Of a DNA stretch of 64,000 nt, positions 39,401 through 52,877 are shown piece after piece. Source of the DNA: Mobula hypostoma (taxonomy: Eukaryota); contig NC_086108.1 of NCBI RefSeq assembly GCF_963921235.1, positions 87,546,001-87,610,000 of the forward strand, read 5' to 3'. The notes under the pieces are model-generated. The model saw nothing but the letters and a program-made list of their open reading frames with translations. It made no database searches and was not told the origin of the DNA. A program made the position numbers and the translations under genes. Position 1 is the first letter of the stretch. Every line of letters begins with the position of its first letter.

Positions 39401-40742
39401 TAATTTACCTACTACTGATGTCAGGCTCACCAGCTTATAATTACCTGGTTTATTTTTGGAGCCCTTTTTAAACAACGGAACAACATGAGCTACCCTCCAA
39501 TCCTCTGGCACTGCACCCGTGGCTAAGGACATGTTAAGTATTTCTGCCAGGGCCCCTGCAATTTCTACACTAGTCTCTCTCAAGGTCCGAGGAAATATCA
39601 TGTCAGGCCTGGGGGATTTATCTACCTTTATTCGCTGTAAGGCAGCAAGCACCTCCTCCTCTTTAATCTCTATATGTTCCATGACACTGCTGCTTGTTTC
39701 CCTTCCTTCCATATACGCTATGCCAGTTTCCTGAGTAAATACTGATGCAAAAAAACTGGTTAAGATCTCCCCCATCTCGTGAGGCTCCACACATAGACGA
39801 CCACTCTGATCTTCTAGGGGACTAATTTTGTCCCTTACTATCCTTTTACTCTTAATATACTTGTAGAAACCCTTCAGGTTTACCTTCACATTATCTGCTG
39901 AAGCAACCTCATGTCTTCTATTTGCCTTCCTGATTTCCTTTAGGATTTTCTTAAATTTTCTATACTCTTCAAGTACCTCACTTGTTCTTTGTTGCCTATA
40001 CCTGCTATACACCTCTCTCTTTTTCTTAACCAGATCACCAATATCCCTTGAAAACCAAGGTTCCCTATGCCTGTTAACTTTGTCTTTAATCCTGGCAGGA
40101 ACATGCAAACTCTGCACTCTCAAAATTTCGCCTTTGAAGGTCTTCCACTTACTGAACACACTCTTGCCAGAAAACAACTTATCCCAATCCACTCTTCCTA
40201 GATCCTTTCTCATTTCCACAAAATTGGCCCTTCTCCAATTTAGAACCTCAGCTCGAGGACTAGTCCTATCCTTATCCATAATTAACTTGAAACTAATGAC
40301 ATTATGGTCACTGGACCCAAAATGTTCGCCTACACATACTTCTGTCACCTGACCTGTCTGGTTCCCTAATAGATCAAGTATTGCATCCTCTCTTGTAGGT
40401 ACCTCTATATATTGATTTAGAAAACTTTCCTGATCACATTTGACAAACTCCAAGCCATCTAGCCCTTTCACAGTGTGGGAGTCCCAGTCAATATGTGGAA
40501 AGTTAAAATCCCTACTATTACAACTTACTGTTTCTTACGTCGGTCTGCTATCTCTCTACAGATTTGCTCCTCCAATTCTCTCTGACTACTGGGTGGTCTA
40601 TAATACAATCCTATCAGTGTGGTCACACCTTTCCCATTCCTCAGCTCCACCCATATGGCCTCCGTAGACAAGCCCTCCAGGCCGTCCTGTCTACGCACTT
40701 GATTGGTCCTATTTTCTCACGTCTTATCCGCTTGCTCTACGT
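36402..40742 (-). mobile_element. 5'-truncated CR1 LINE (36402-38082 plus 40694-40742) hosting a second CR1
   Basis: ORF2 remnants at 36673-37221 and 37507-37962. The host sequence resumes at 40694. Confidence 0.88.
38083..40693 (-). mobile_element. Younger 5'-truncated CR1 LINE with a 606-aa open ORF2 segment (APE C-terminus plus complete RT domain)
   Basis: ORF 38651-40471 has SDHN, 'YMDFSKAFDKVP', '[10 protein letters not shown]' and 'KFADD'. TSD-like cacacttg at 38075-38082 and cgcacttg at 40694-40701. Confidence 0.95.
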
Positions 40743-41244
40743 TAGAAGCGCACAGAAATCCTAGCTGGCCTAAGTGATTTTATCTAAACATTTTGCAAAT
40801 TTGTCTTGATCTTTTTTAAAAAATCTAGACATTTGCCAAAAAGTTCACAACTCCTTATTTATCTGTGGCCCGGGAGATTTAAACAATGTTTGTTTATGAA
40901 GATCCGAAGTAAATATCCCATCTAAGATGCTTTAACTCACACTTATTGGAGACAGAAACTCATTTCTGAAATTGTATGCAATTTTTTTTTGATTCATCTG
41001 AACAGAACATTTAAAAGAAAAAAATGATTAACAGTAAGGCGTAGAAAATAGTCATTATTGCCACTCTATGTATTCAGTGAAAGGGAAAATATGGACTTAA
41101 TATTCAATTACTGTAACATAGTTATTTTATAAATTAAAACCAACGAGCCTTATCAGGAAAACTACATATCTTTTGGCCTAACATCAGCAGCATTGTTTCA
41201 GGAGGAGGTTAAATAACAAAAACCATGTAGGAGTGAGCTTTAGA

Positions 41245-42441
41245 TGAGCTAGTACTGGAGAGGATCCAGAGGGCGTTCATAGAACATAGAATAGTACAGC
41301 AGATTACAGGCCCTTCGGCTCACAATGTTGTGCCGACCCTCAAACCCTGCCTCCAATATAACCCCCCACCTTAAATTCCTCCGTATACCTGTCTAGTAGT
41401 CTCTTAAACTTCACTAGTGTATCTGCCTCCACCACTGACTCAGGCAGTGCATTCCATGCACCAACCACTCTCTGAGTAAAAAACTTTCCTCTGATATCCC
41501 CCTTGAACTTCCCACCCCTTACCTTAAAGCCATGTCCCCTTGTATTGAGCAGTGGTGCCCTGGGGAAGAGGCGCTGGCTATCCACTCTATCTATTCCTCT
41601 TATTATCTTGTACACCTCTATCAAATCTCCTCTCATCCTCCTTCTCTCCAAAGAGTAAAGCCCTAGCTCCCTTAATCTCTGATCATAATGCATACTCTCT
41701 AAACCAGGCAGCATCCTGGTAAATCTCCTCTGTACCCTTTCCAATGCTTCTACATCCTTCCAATGTTTCACAAGAATGATTCTGGGAATGAAAGGGTTAA
41801 CATATGAGGAGTGTTTGATGGCTCTGGGCCTGTACTTGTTGGAGTTTAGAAGAATGAGGAGAGGTCTCATTGAATGCTATCTAATACTGAAAAGCCTAGA
41901 TAGACTGGATGCAGAGTATGTTCCCTACATTGTAAGAGTCTAGGGTTACAGCGGAGAGCCTCAGAATAGGACGTCCATTTAGAAAGGAGATAAAGAGAAA
42001 TTTCTTTAGTAGAGGGTAGTGAATTTGTGGAATTCATTGGCACAGCAGCCGTGGAGGCCAAATCATTGGTTATATTTAAAGCAGAGGTTGATTGGTTCTT
42101 AATTAGTAAGGGCATCCAAGGTTATGGACAGAATAGGGTTGAGAGGGATAATAAATCAACCATGATGGTATGGCAAAGCAGACCTGATGGGCTCACAACA
42201 CGCTGGAGGAACTCAACAGGTCAGGCAGCATCCGTGGAAAAGATCGGTCGACGTTTCGGGCCGGAACCCTTTGTCAGGCCCGAAATGTCGACCGATCTTT
42301 TCCACGGATGCTGTCCGACCTGCTGAGTTCCTCCAGCATGTTGTGAGTGTTGCTTTGACCCCAGCATCTGCAGATTATTTTGTGTTTAGGATAGACTTGA
42401 TGAGCTGAATGGCCTAATTCTGCTCCAATGTCTTCTGGTCT
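41245..42441 (+). mobile_element. Decayed CR1 3' fragment carrying two insertions: an antisense CR1 3' end (41280-41762) and a fold-back element (42192-42387)
   Basis: The host 'ERIQRAF|TRMILGMKGLTYEE' is split at 41280/41763. The insert encodes 'WKDVEALERVQRRFTRMLPG...KFFTQRVV.AWNALP'. Confidence 0.85.
42192..42387 (+). mobile_element. Second, older Penelope-type fold-back mini-element (imperfect 71-bp arms, 14-nt loop)
   Basis: Arms 42192-42262 and 42277-42347. Decayed TSD agacctgatgggc (42180-42192) and agacttgatgagc (42393-42405). Confidence 0.8.
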
Positions 42442-42800
42442 AAAAGAGTAAACCAATTTAGTGAAGGACAGATAGCCACAACAAACATTCTTTGTTGCAA
42501 GAATGTTATATATAAAAAGGTTGCTAGAATGTACTTTATTTTTGCTTCTATAAACCCTTTGATAAATCATGTGGAACGGAAGCCACCAATTTATTTCCAA
42601 TTCCAGGTTCTAAATTATTTTGATCTTATAGAAACTATAAGACAGAGAATGACGCTGACAGAGATGAAGGATTGACTGAAGTTCTAAAAGAAAATTAGCT
42701 TTGGGCATGAGTGGTTCCTACATGAAACTCTTGTAAATTGCTGTATTTAAAACAACAAACTAATGGCACATAGAAAGACATGTTAAACCTGGTCAAGGAA

Positions 42801-43097
42801 CTTACTTACTGCCTATTACACCACGGGTGCTTAGGGCAGCAATGAAGGTATTTTTCATCATTGTTACTTCTGTAACAATTTCTTTTGCGCAGTCAGGGTT
42901 GTTAGCCCTGAGCTGAACCCCTTAACCTGGAGGACCGGTGGACCACTCTTAGTTTGGCCTCTCCCTTTGATCTGTTTGGCATGGGTGATCCTACCAAGAA
43001 CCAAAGCATAAGGTCCTGACTCTAGCCAACATAGTTCTGGGTCAGTGAGGCACGCAAGCCTCCAAATGCTCTGAGGAGGCTGTGGTCCTCTTGGAGG
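42801..43097 (-). mobile_element. Short non-autonomous RTE-like retroposon
   Basis: (TAAG)n tail on the minus strand. 12-bp TSD ctggtc(a/g)aggaa at 42789-42800 and 43098-43109. The RTE assignment is from recall only. Confidence 0.6.
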
Positions 43098-43697
43098 CTG
43101 GTCGAGGAAACCTGCCGATTACCACACATACAGATTACTCAGCTAATGAATCAGTATACTGTAATTAGCAAGGGCACAGAATGAGTATATTCTCAGGTGG
43201 GAGGTTCTTCAACATCCAACCAAAAGAGGTTTGGGAGCAAGCAACAAGGTGGCCCAAAACTAAAGAACATAACTAAATGACACAGGAACACAATGAGAGA
43301 ATGCACATGTGAATCGGTATGACTTCATTCACACCTATCTATCTGTCGTAGATACACCTGCCCATAACAGCGTCAGTAGATTATGCATAGTCCTTGGAGA
43401 GAAACTCTCAGATTCACACTGAGGACACCCTCCATCATGTTGCTGGCACTGCAACTAACTAAATGACTGAGGAAAGAGAACCGGTTGCAGTGTTAGGTGA
43501 CAGAAAAGACAAGAAGAAATGTTAGGTGATCAGTGGTTTAATAAAGATAGGGTCAAAAACAGGTAATGAATCAAATGGGCAAGGTTAACACAATAAGGTA
43601 GAGTAGACAAAGAAATCAATCCAGTGACGAAGCAGGGTTAAACTCAGTACAAAAAGGAAGGTAGAAGTAACAAGGAGAGGTCTCAAGCTGAGTAATT

Positions 43698-44140
43698 ACA
43701 ATGAATTGGGGCAGATTTTGGCCCAATTAAGCAACTGACCCAATTAGCCTAAGTTTCATGGAAATAATTAAAAAGGTATACAAAAAAACAAACAACCATT
43801 TAAACTGAGTAACAAATTACATATTTAAATGAAATACAGAATAAATTAGAACACAGTACTATAAGGCTGTGTAATTTAGTTCCTAATAGTTATCGATGAC
43901 GGAATTCATCCAGAGTAGGCTGCTATGTTCTTTTGATTGACTATAAATGAACAAAATCAGTGCAGACAATGGACTATCTTCATACAATGTCCTGTCTTCT
44001 GTCCCAATTAAGCGGCATAGCATCCTAAATAAATGAAGGGAATTACAGCTATTTTCTGCATTAGTGTTTGTTCTTTAAGAGTTGTCTCAAATAAACAGTT
44101 GACCTGTTTAATCAATGGCCCGATTAACCGGAATCCACTC
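43698..44140. mobile_element. MITE-like DNA transposon remnant (Tc1/pogo-like)
   Basis: Right end ggcccgattaaccggaatccact. Repeated internal cccaatta motifs occur near both ends. The left end is decayed. Confidence 0.5.
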
Positions 44141-45906
44141 TATTAGCTAGTTATGCATTTGAAAAACAATTGGAGAACACAAAGGAAGAGTGTTAATTCA
44201 TGTTTAATGCAATCCTTAGTCACTTCACAGGGAGTGCAATTCACATAAAAATGTATGTAACTAAATCAATCTATAGTTTACATGCAAATTCAAATGAATA
44301 TAATGAGAAATGGAATGAACTAAGGTTAGCAGGGTAAGAACACACACAGCTTTTAAAGGAGATATTGCCTAAGGCAATTCCAATTTGTGAAATCTCAATG
44401 CATATTGCACCCCATTTGGGTTAAAAGAACAATCATAGGTTAGAGAATGTGAGAAAAGAACTCTATACATATAAACTACTCAGAATAACATAGCAGAGAA
44501 AAAAGGTGGGGAACAAAAACTTAAATCTTATCATGCAATTGAACTAATAATAAGCATAAAAAAGCTATTTAAACTGAGAAGGCAATAGCAATAGCCAAGC
44601 AACAGCATTACTTTCTGCGTTTTCATTTCAAATAAACAGTAATTCAGGCAAATGCTACTGAATAAATTAATACATCTATAATGAATGCCAAAGCTTTCAA
44701 AAGGAAGCAGATAAAAAAAATACCACCTTAAACACCAGAGGATGTTCATATAGGTAAAATTCTGGCAACAACAAATAAATACTTCTTTGGTATGATTTTG
44801 GGCTCCATCAAAACTTGTCTTAAATATTATGCTCAATAATTCAACAAGTATCGATGAAAACAATATATCTTGATTATTTAAGTTCACCAAGGTGAGCACT
44901 GTTTGTTCAATGCAATGAACAGCTCCATGTTTCAGATACACTGAACCAATATCAAACATGTCCAGATCAGAACTGATATAGCTTCTTTCAGACTGAATAT
45001 TTTCCACTTTGCTCGCTCACTTATCCTACATGACTCAACAGTGCACAAACGTTATTTTTTATATACCGGCTAAACTTGTGTCAGAGTGAAAATAGCATAT
45101 TAATACAGTTACATGGACAGGAGAAGCAATCAGAACATCCATCTTGGCCTATCTAAAATAAACTTCTATTCAGTACACAACGGATAGTTTTCAGAGAAGG
45201 CCATTTAAATAGCAATATTACTTGGGACAATCTGCACAAGGTCAACTGTTTCTTTTTGGATTTTTATTTTCAAGGAGTATGCCTCCATTATCTATCCAAT
45301 CACCATGGATAACTAAAAGAATAATTAAAGAAATATTCAGAATGTCCTAACTTCACAGCAAATATACAACTCTACACCACACACAGGCATCCTGCTGAAA
45401 GTAACAATATAGGAATGGTTAAAGTAATGCGACTCTCAAGTCTAACGATGCTTATGTACTGGCAGATGCTCATTGCCTCTCAAGGCACTTGAGACTCATG
45501 TTTTGCTTCAGCAAACTCTAGATTTCTAACAGATGGTGACTTGTTTTAGGCATGGCTGATCTTTTATACACAATTAGTTTTAGCTCAGACAAGGTCAGTT
45601 ATTTTTTTTAATACAGTACCGTCCTATCTATCTTCCAACATTTGCCGTCCCTTTACAATCTTCCAGATTTCTTTCATTTGACTTGCTCATTCATTCTTTC
45701 AAGTTTCTCTTTTCTCTGTTTACATTCTTCATCCCAATACATTACACCCCCCCCCCCCCGCGCAAAGTTCAACCTTTATTCCACTTCTGAAGGTTTGGAT
45801 CTTCCCTCCTCCTAGTCATTTCAGAGCATACAAACTAGTCACCTACTCAGATTCAAATTGCCCCAAATACAAGCATGCATTTAAAGCACATGTATTGCAG
45901 ACGTAC

Positions 45907-46032
45907 CTTTCCTTCAGATCCAACCTGCTGCTCTGCCTGCATTTGCTGCCTGAAAATGGGATCAAACAACAACGGCGTGGCACAGTAGTGAACAAGTCGT
46001 GAAGACTGTTTCAGCGTGTCCAGATCACCCAC
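45907..46032 (-). CDS. SZT2: SZT2 coding exon: [42 protein letters not shown]
   Basis: gatttag| acceptor, AAG|gtacgt donor, 126 nt, phase 0-0. Contains [14 protein letters not shown]. Read by hand; not in the ORF track. Confidence 0.95.
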
Positions 46033-46094
46033 CTAAATCAGAAAAAAATACACAGAAAAATCACTGCCTTTACTTCCAACTTTACAGCATAATT

Positions 46095-46572
46095 ACTCAT
46101 GACCACCATTGAGACAATCCATAAGGGGCGCTTCCACAAGAAAGCAGTATCCATCGTCAAGGACTCCCATATCCATGATCTCTTCTCACTGCTGCCATCA
46201 GACAGGAGGTACACGAGCCTTAGGTCCCACACCACTAGGTTCAGCCACAACTATGACCTTTCAACCACTGGGCTCCTGAACCAGTGTGGATAACTTCACT
46301 CAACTCAATACTGAATTGTTTCCAGAACCTATGGACTCTCTTTCAAGGGCTCTACAACTCGTTATTTATTATCTATTTATTATTTTTTTATATATAATTG
46401 TATAATTTGTTTTCTTGTGTGTACATTGGTTATTTGTTACTCTTTGTGTATAGTTCATTGTTTCTGTTGTATTTCTTTGTTCTACTGTGAATGCCTGCAA
46501 GAAAATAAATCTCAGGGTACTTTATGGTGACACATATGTATTTTGATAATAAATTTACTTTGAACTTTGAAT
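46095..46572 (+). mobile_element. Rex1-like LINE 3' fragment
   Basis: 'SIVKDSH..LFSLLPSDRRYTSLRSHTTRF' and tail aataaatttactttgaactttga. Confidence 0.75.
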
Positions 46573-46763
46573 CTGCAAATAATCAAAGAGGCGCTACACC
46601 TTTGAAAAGCTAAAGAACTGCAGATGATAGAAATCTGAAATAAAACAAAAAGTTAAGAGACATTTGGCGGATCATATAGCATCTGTAGAGAGAGAAGAAA
46701 AGTAAACCGTTTCCAGTTAATGAGGAAAAAGCATTTCCCCAACTGTTTCAGATCATTACTTAC

Positions 46764-46843
46764 AGTGATGGGCATGTTTGACTGGGCAGAACGCTGCTGC
46801 CATGTCACAAATAGGTTCTCAATTTTCATTTGCTTCTCCATTT
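46764..46843 (-). CDS. SZT2: SZT2 coding exon: (E)MEKQMKIENLFVTWQQRSAQSNMPIT
   Basis: tctctttcag| acceptor, ACT|gtaagt donor, 80 nt, phase 1-0. Contains the ENLFVTWQQRS motif. Confidence 0.95.
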
Positions 46844-47745
46844 CTGAAAGAGAAAAGACAAGTAAGGACACAACTTAGAACTAACACAATCTGAAAAGAA
46901 TTAACCTGGCACATTACACATTGTCATGTCTAATCCAGCTCAATACCACCAGATAAAGTAACTTAAAATGACCTTCAAAGTACTGATGCAGATTCATTAA
47001 AATAAAAAAAATGTCCAGATAACAGTGTCAATATATTAGATTACTTAACTTTATCTCCAATGAGCAGTCCTTTTTTTTTTACCTTAAAACTCCTGCATTT
47101 ACTTAACACTGCTCTGTGCAATATCCATTAAGCTCAGATGAACTAAGTGTAGATAAAAGTAGACAAATGTTATATACGATTAAAGCTTGCAATATAAAAT
47201 GCAGTGGCAACTGAGTATTAGAAAATTAATCTCCAATGCACTTGAAAAAGTATACTTCCACGGCCAGGAATAGTGTCATTGACTTTGTATGGTACAAATT
47301 CTCAGGAAAAATAACTGAAGATTACAGACAAATCATTGCAAAAAGAGCTGCTCAAGTAATTGCACGTAAAAGCACACTGCAGTAAACTTGTGCACTGACA
47401 GCACTAAGACTACTCCGAATAACTAAGAAAGCAATATAAAACAAATTGATTGAAACATTATGCATTTTATACTCTTATTACCCAGACACAGAAACCAAAG
47501 TGAGTGACATACATGTACCAATGACACAGAACTGAAGAACAATTATAGTTTGAATTGTCTCCCATGATTATTCACTTCATAAAAATTAATACTGACGGAC
47601 ATAATTTTTTTTTGCCCTCCAAGCCCAATTTGGTTGCTTGCGAATTATCAAGTCATTCTCACTTGCACGTAAAACAGATTCAATTAATTTCTCATGTGCA
47701 TAAGTAGATGTGCACTGTATAATTTTATATCGTACATGTAATGTC

Positions 47746-47746
<1 letters not shown>

Positions 47747-47811
<65 letters not shown>

Positions 47812-47829
47812 AACACATACACACACACA
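47747..47829. repeat. (TG)n(TA)n(CA)n compound microsatellite
   Basis: Seen directly. Confidence 0.95.
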
Positions 47830-47881
47830 ATATCATGAATATAACATAATACAAAATTTGCAACTTCTCTATCTTGCTCAC

Positions 47882-48152
47882 CTCTCCGCTCTAGGTTTTT
47901 GATTTCCAGGAACTGTGTGCCATGGCGTGACACTGGATCAGACAGCCCAGCATCATGTGACTGCCTTATTGTTTTAGGCACCGTGATGTCACGCAGTGCT
48001 TCATCAAATGGGACAATCTCTGGTGCGAAGTGAAGAGGTGGAAGACTCCTGCTTGTTGAGCTTAGCCGTCCTTGCTCCTTAGTCGGTGGGGGAGTCGGAC
48101 TCTTGATTAGTGAATCAGCTTCCAGTGTGGAATGAAGAAATGGGTTTGCTTC
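47882..48152 (-). CDS. SZT2: SZT2 coding exon: EANPFLHSTLEADSLIKSPTPPPTKEQGRLSS...PFDEALRDIT...DPVSRHGTQFLEIKNLERR
   Basis: aaaacag| acceptor, G|gtgagc donor, 271 nt, phase 0-1. Contains the PFDEALRDIT and QFLEIK motifs of SZT2. Confidence 0.95.
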
Positions 48153-48527
48153 CTGTTTTAACAAAGGGATGATGAGAAGGGAACAAATTCAGTCATAGAT
48201 TAATCAGACTTCAATGGAAATTACTACTGTATGTCTACAATTAGAGTATGACCAATTGCAAAGACTATAACAGGAAAACTTCTATTTCATTGAAATCTCA
48301 TTACAACTAAATTGATTGGTTGTGTCTCAGCCTATGGCATCAGTTAAAGGGAGAGAAGCTCTGTCCATTTTCAGATGAGGAAAAGAGAAACAGGCCAAAC
48401 CACTCTCTGAATTGTAATCAGCAACTCAAAACTTCACAATTCTCATCATCTAGTAGGAATTCACAAAGAGCTGCAAGAAGATGAGAGCGAGAAAACAAGC
48501 ATCAAAATCATTACAAAGATCAAAATA

Positions 48528-49592
48528 TCATAGAGCACTACAGCATAGAAACAAGCCTTTCGGCCCAACTAGTCCATGCTGTAATGTTATTCTGCCTAGT
48601 CCAATTGACCTGCACCTGGCTTATAGTCCTTCTTAACCCACCCATTCACATAAGACTCTTGGTAGTTTGGAGGATCAGAGAGACCTTGGATCTGTGTCCA
48701 TAGGACACTCAAAGCTGCCGAGCAGGTTGACAGTGTTGGTAAGAAGGCGTTTGGCATGTTGGTCTTCATTAACCGTGGGACTGAGTTCAAGAGCCGTGTT
48801 ACAGCTACACAAGACCTTAGTCAGACCCCATTTGGAATACTGTGTTCAGTTCTGGTCACCTCACTACAGGAAGGATGTGGATACTATAGAGAGTGCAGAG
48901 GAGATTTACAAGGATGTTGCCTGGATTGGAGAGCATGCCTTATGAGAATAGGTTGAGTGAACTTGGCCTTTTCTCCTTGGAGCGACGGAGGATGAGAAGT
49001 GACCTGATAGAGGTGTATATGATGAGAAACATTGATTGTGAGGATAGTCAGAGGCTTTTTCCCAGGCCTGAAGCAGCTAACACAAAGGGGCATAGTTTTA
49101 TGGTGCTTGGAAGCAGGTACACGGGGGTGTTAGAGGGAAGTTTTTCCACACAGAGAGTAGTGGATGTGTGGAATGCATTGCCAGCGATGGTGGTAGAGTC
49201 GGATACAATAGAGTCATTTAAGAGACTCTCAGATAGATACATGGAGCTTAGAAAAATAGAAGGCTATGCAGTAGGGAAATTCTAGGCAGCTTCTAGAGTA
49301 GGTCACATGGCCGGCACAACATTGTGGATTGAAGGGCCTGCAATGTGCTGTAGATTTCTATGGTCTAACCCAAATTTCTCTTAAACGTTGCAATAAAACC
49401 TGCATCCACCACTTCTGCTGGCTGCCTGTTCCACACTTGCACACCTTCTGAATGAAGCAGTTCTCACTCAAGCTCCCTTTAAATATTTCACCTTTCATCA
49501 TTAACCTATGACCTCTCGTTCTAACTTCACCCAACCTCAGTGGAAAAAGCCTGCCTGTACTTACCCTATCTATACCCCTCATAATTTTCATA
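48528..49592. mobile_element. Minus-strand CR1 3' end interrupted by a plus-strand CR1 3' fragment (about 48640-49360)
   Basis: CR1 C-terminal peptides in ORFs 48667-49285 (+) and 49358-49591 (-). Confidence 0.85.
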
Positions 49593-49849
49593 TTTTTTAA
49601 TGGTAGAGTCTTCTGTTACTAGACCATTTCAATACTTTTGAAACACAATTTATAAACTGTAGCAATTCTTGTGGCCCAAAAATTCCTTTCAGGAAGTACA
49701 GAGAAAATATATCTAAAAGAAATGTGCTGTAACTGAAGAGTCCAAGAGCCACTACCAAATATGATTGTAAGCACATTAATTGTGGTACAAATAATAATAC
49801 TTGTTTTGTACCAAATTAACTATTTCTATTGAAATGTGAGAAACTGGGA

Positions 49850-50890
49850 AATATTGATGTTCAAAGTGACCTGGAAGCGATTGTTTATGGGGTCCTGGAT
49901 GCCCATGCACAGTCACTGAAATCCAGCATGCAGGTGCAACAGGCAGTTAAAACATATGGCGTGTTGATCCTCATTACAAGATGATTTGACTTCAAGAGTA
50001 AAGATGTCCTGGTATAATCATGTAGAGCCTTGCTGAGACCATATCTGGATTAGATTGTGCAACTTGCATCTTTGTACTCAACAAAGGATATATTTGATTT
50101 GAAAGAGTACAGCAAATACTCACTAAACTGGATCTTGTATTTCCCCAGTTCTGTTGATGAAACTAGATCATGAAATACTAATTCTATTTCTCATACAATA
50201 GTTGATGAAAGACTTAAAAGAGGCAAGTAATTTAAAAAGGACATCAGGACAGCTTCCTCACATAAAGTCTAATGCGTATGTGGAATGAGCTGGCAGAAAT
50301 AGTGGCTGAAGTGGGCAACATTTATAAGCTATTTAAACAAATACATGGAAAAGAGAGCATTTTAGGGTCTGTGAGCAAATGTGGGCAAATAGGCATGGAC
50401 ATGATGGGTCAAAGAGAATGCTTCCATTCCAAATTACTCTAAGGGGTTCGACTTACTGAGCATTTCAGAATTTCAGTTTTAATCGGGTTCATGGGATGGC
50501 AAGTCTGTCATATGATATGAGATTGTGCAGGCTAGGCCTCTACAGTTTAGATTGAAAGAATGCAAGGGAACCTCATTGAAACATATTGTGTTAGATACAA
50601 GGAGAATGTTTCTGCTGGATGAGTCTAGAACTGATGGTTCAGTAAGAGACTGAAATAAAGAGATATTTCTTTACTCAAAGTTGGTGAATCTTTGGAATCT
50701 GGAATCATACAGCGGATTACAAAATTTTGGCCATTTGTTGCATTTTAAATCATGATCAATAGATTTCTGGAATTTGGGAAGCAAAGGATATGGGGATAGG
50801 GCATGAAGCGGAAAATCAGTCATGATCTTACTGAATGGATTAAGTGGCAAATGGCCTACTCCAGTTTCTCTTTCGTACACTCTTATGTAC
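49850..50890 (+). mobile_element. Highly decayed CR1 3' fragments
   Basis: Residual CR1 3' blocks: ggtgaatctttggaat, and tggcctactcc at the terminus. Confidence 0.55.
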
Positions 50891-52877
50891 ATAACAGAAC
50901 TTGAAACTGCTTTATAATATGGATGATGTACCCTTTCTTCTATTCCAGCAATATCTAGATTGGTTAAATTAATACCACAGATCAGTGATCAAATTCTTAA
51001 CATAAATCTCCAATCATACTCATATTTGATGTTGAATGGATCTCTGAATTGCTTGCTTTAACTTATAACCAAATTTAGTGCATAGCCTCAGTTGGGAATG
51101 CCTTGAAAGCAACTTCATCTTCAGTGTTCTGAACCGTGATTTGAATACTTATGAACATCACCAGCTGCAGGGAGATTTGCAAAGATTAGCATATTATGGG
51201 TCAGCTTGAAGACATCCTGGTTTCTCTGGCAGAAAATAAATCTGCACTATTTTAAGTTTTGTAAATTATCAATAAAACTACCTTGCTTAAGAATTTCTAA
51301 CATTACATCTGATTTCCAAATATAACACTAAGTCAAAGGCAACTAGTTCTGGAAGGTACAACTCAAAAACTAGTTTTGCCCAATTTTCTAGTGTCTTGGG
51401 TGACCATCTAAAATCAATGTTAGGCCGGCTTCTATTTTCAGATTGCTTGGGAAAAAACGCCTTCTGTTCTTCCCGCTCATTTTTTTCCCTGGCATGACAC
51501 AGGAGGTTTTCAGCAAGTGAGCACATTTAATTCTTTTGAAGTTTGATGTTTGGGACAGTAGTTATCCTCCCGGCTCTACAGAACTCCCAAAGGTTCCTGC
51601 AAGCAACTCCTTGCATCACCTTCAACTCAGCATACACCTGATGTAAGCATTCATTAGTGGCAATGTGGAATCTACTTGGAAAGCAACAGAAGCTAGCAGT
51701 TTACCTACTCGTTGAAATAACGACAGACTCCCAGTAGAATAGTAAAATTGAACTGCCCTATCAGTATACCAGCATAGAATTCAGTAGTGTTTCCTGTCCC
51801 TTTTTATCAGTTGCTTATGTTCTAGGACCATAATATTTTGACTTTCTGCTCCCTGTGCCTTTGTATTTTTACTGCTAACTCTCAGGATTAACAGACAGAA
51901 ATTCCTTAGCTTCTAACATCAGTAGCACTCTGCTAACTGTGTTTTCTAGAGTTTAAATAAAATTCACAGTAACTGTGTAACTGCCCATTGACTATGTGAC
52001 AATTCTTTGGCTGAATTTTTCCCCCACAAAGTAAAAAACACACCATTCAGTTAGTTAAATGCAGTATAACACAGCAAATACAGCAATCTGCCACTTCCTT
52101 AGACTCTTAAAAGACAACATCTTTGTCTAACAGCAAAACAACAAAATATGGTCTCACTAGAGTCAGACACCAAGTGCGATTCAGTGGCATTTTCTTGCTG
52201 GGTAAGAGATCAGTTCACTGAAATAATATTGGAAAATGAGATAGTGGTGATTAAATAAATACAGTACAGAATAAAACTCAGGATGTTTATGTAAGCCTAC
52301 TGAAAGGATGGAGCATATTGGTGCAGAATATTATGGATTAGCAAGGTCACAACTCTGGTCTTTGTTATTGTTCAGCTTGGGCTCCTGATGTGCACTGACA
52401 TTTTTGAACAGGTGGTCACCATGGCAAGCATTTTTCCCATTTAACTGTTAATATTCAGAGACTGTCCCTAATGTATGCCGACAGCACCTAACAGCAGGTT
52501 GCCATCACTAGTTATTGTCATGCTGATCAATGCAGTGAATGCCTTTGCACAGCAATGGCAGTTAGCAGCATACAGTTACCCCGTCACTCCCTTCAGGGCA
52601 AGCATCTCCACAATTCTGAACAATTTTTATTGAGCAACATACTTCTTTTGTACAACACATTATTAAATTAAGTTTAAAATTGTACGCTTCAAAAACCATA
52701 CCATCTGTTCCAGTATGTCATTGTGACTCACAATTAAGAGCCATTTTCTGTAACTTAAGAGCATCTTGATGCAAATGACCAAAGTAATCATGTTTCGATT
52801 CTACTGTGTCAGCTGTTTTACAGATCTACTTTAGGATGCAAATTTGAATTGGTTAAGTTTCAGCTACTCTTCCAAAC

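Noticed and set aside
38651..40471. 606-aa ORF as an active LINE
   Set aside because: The copy is 5'-truncated within the endonuclease, has no ORF1 or promoter, and has a premature stop before the C-terminal region.
44531..45007. 158-aa minus-strand ORF
   Set aside because: AT-rich intronic sequence with no recognisable motif or splice sites.
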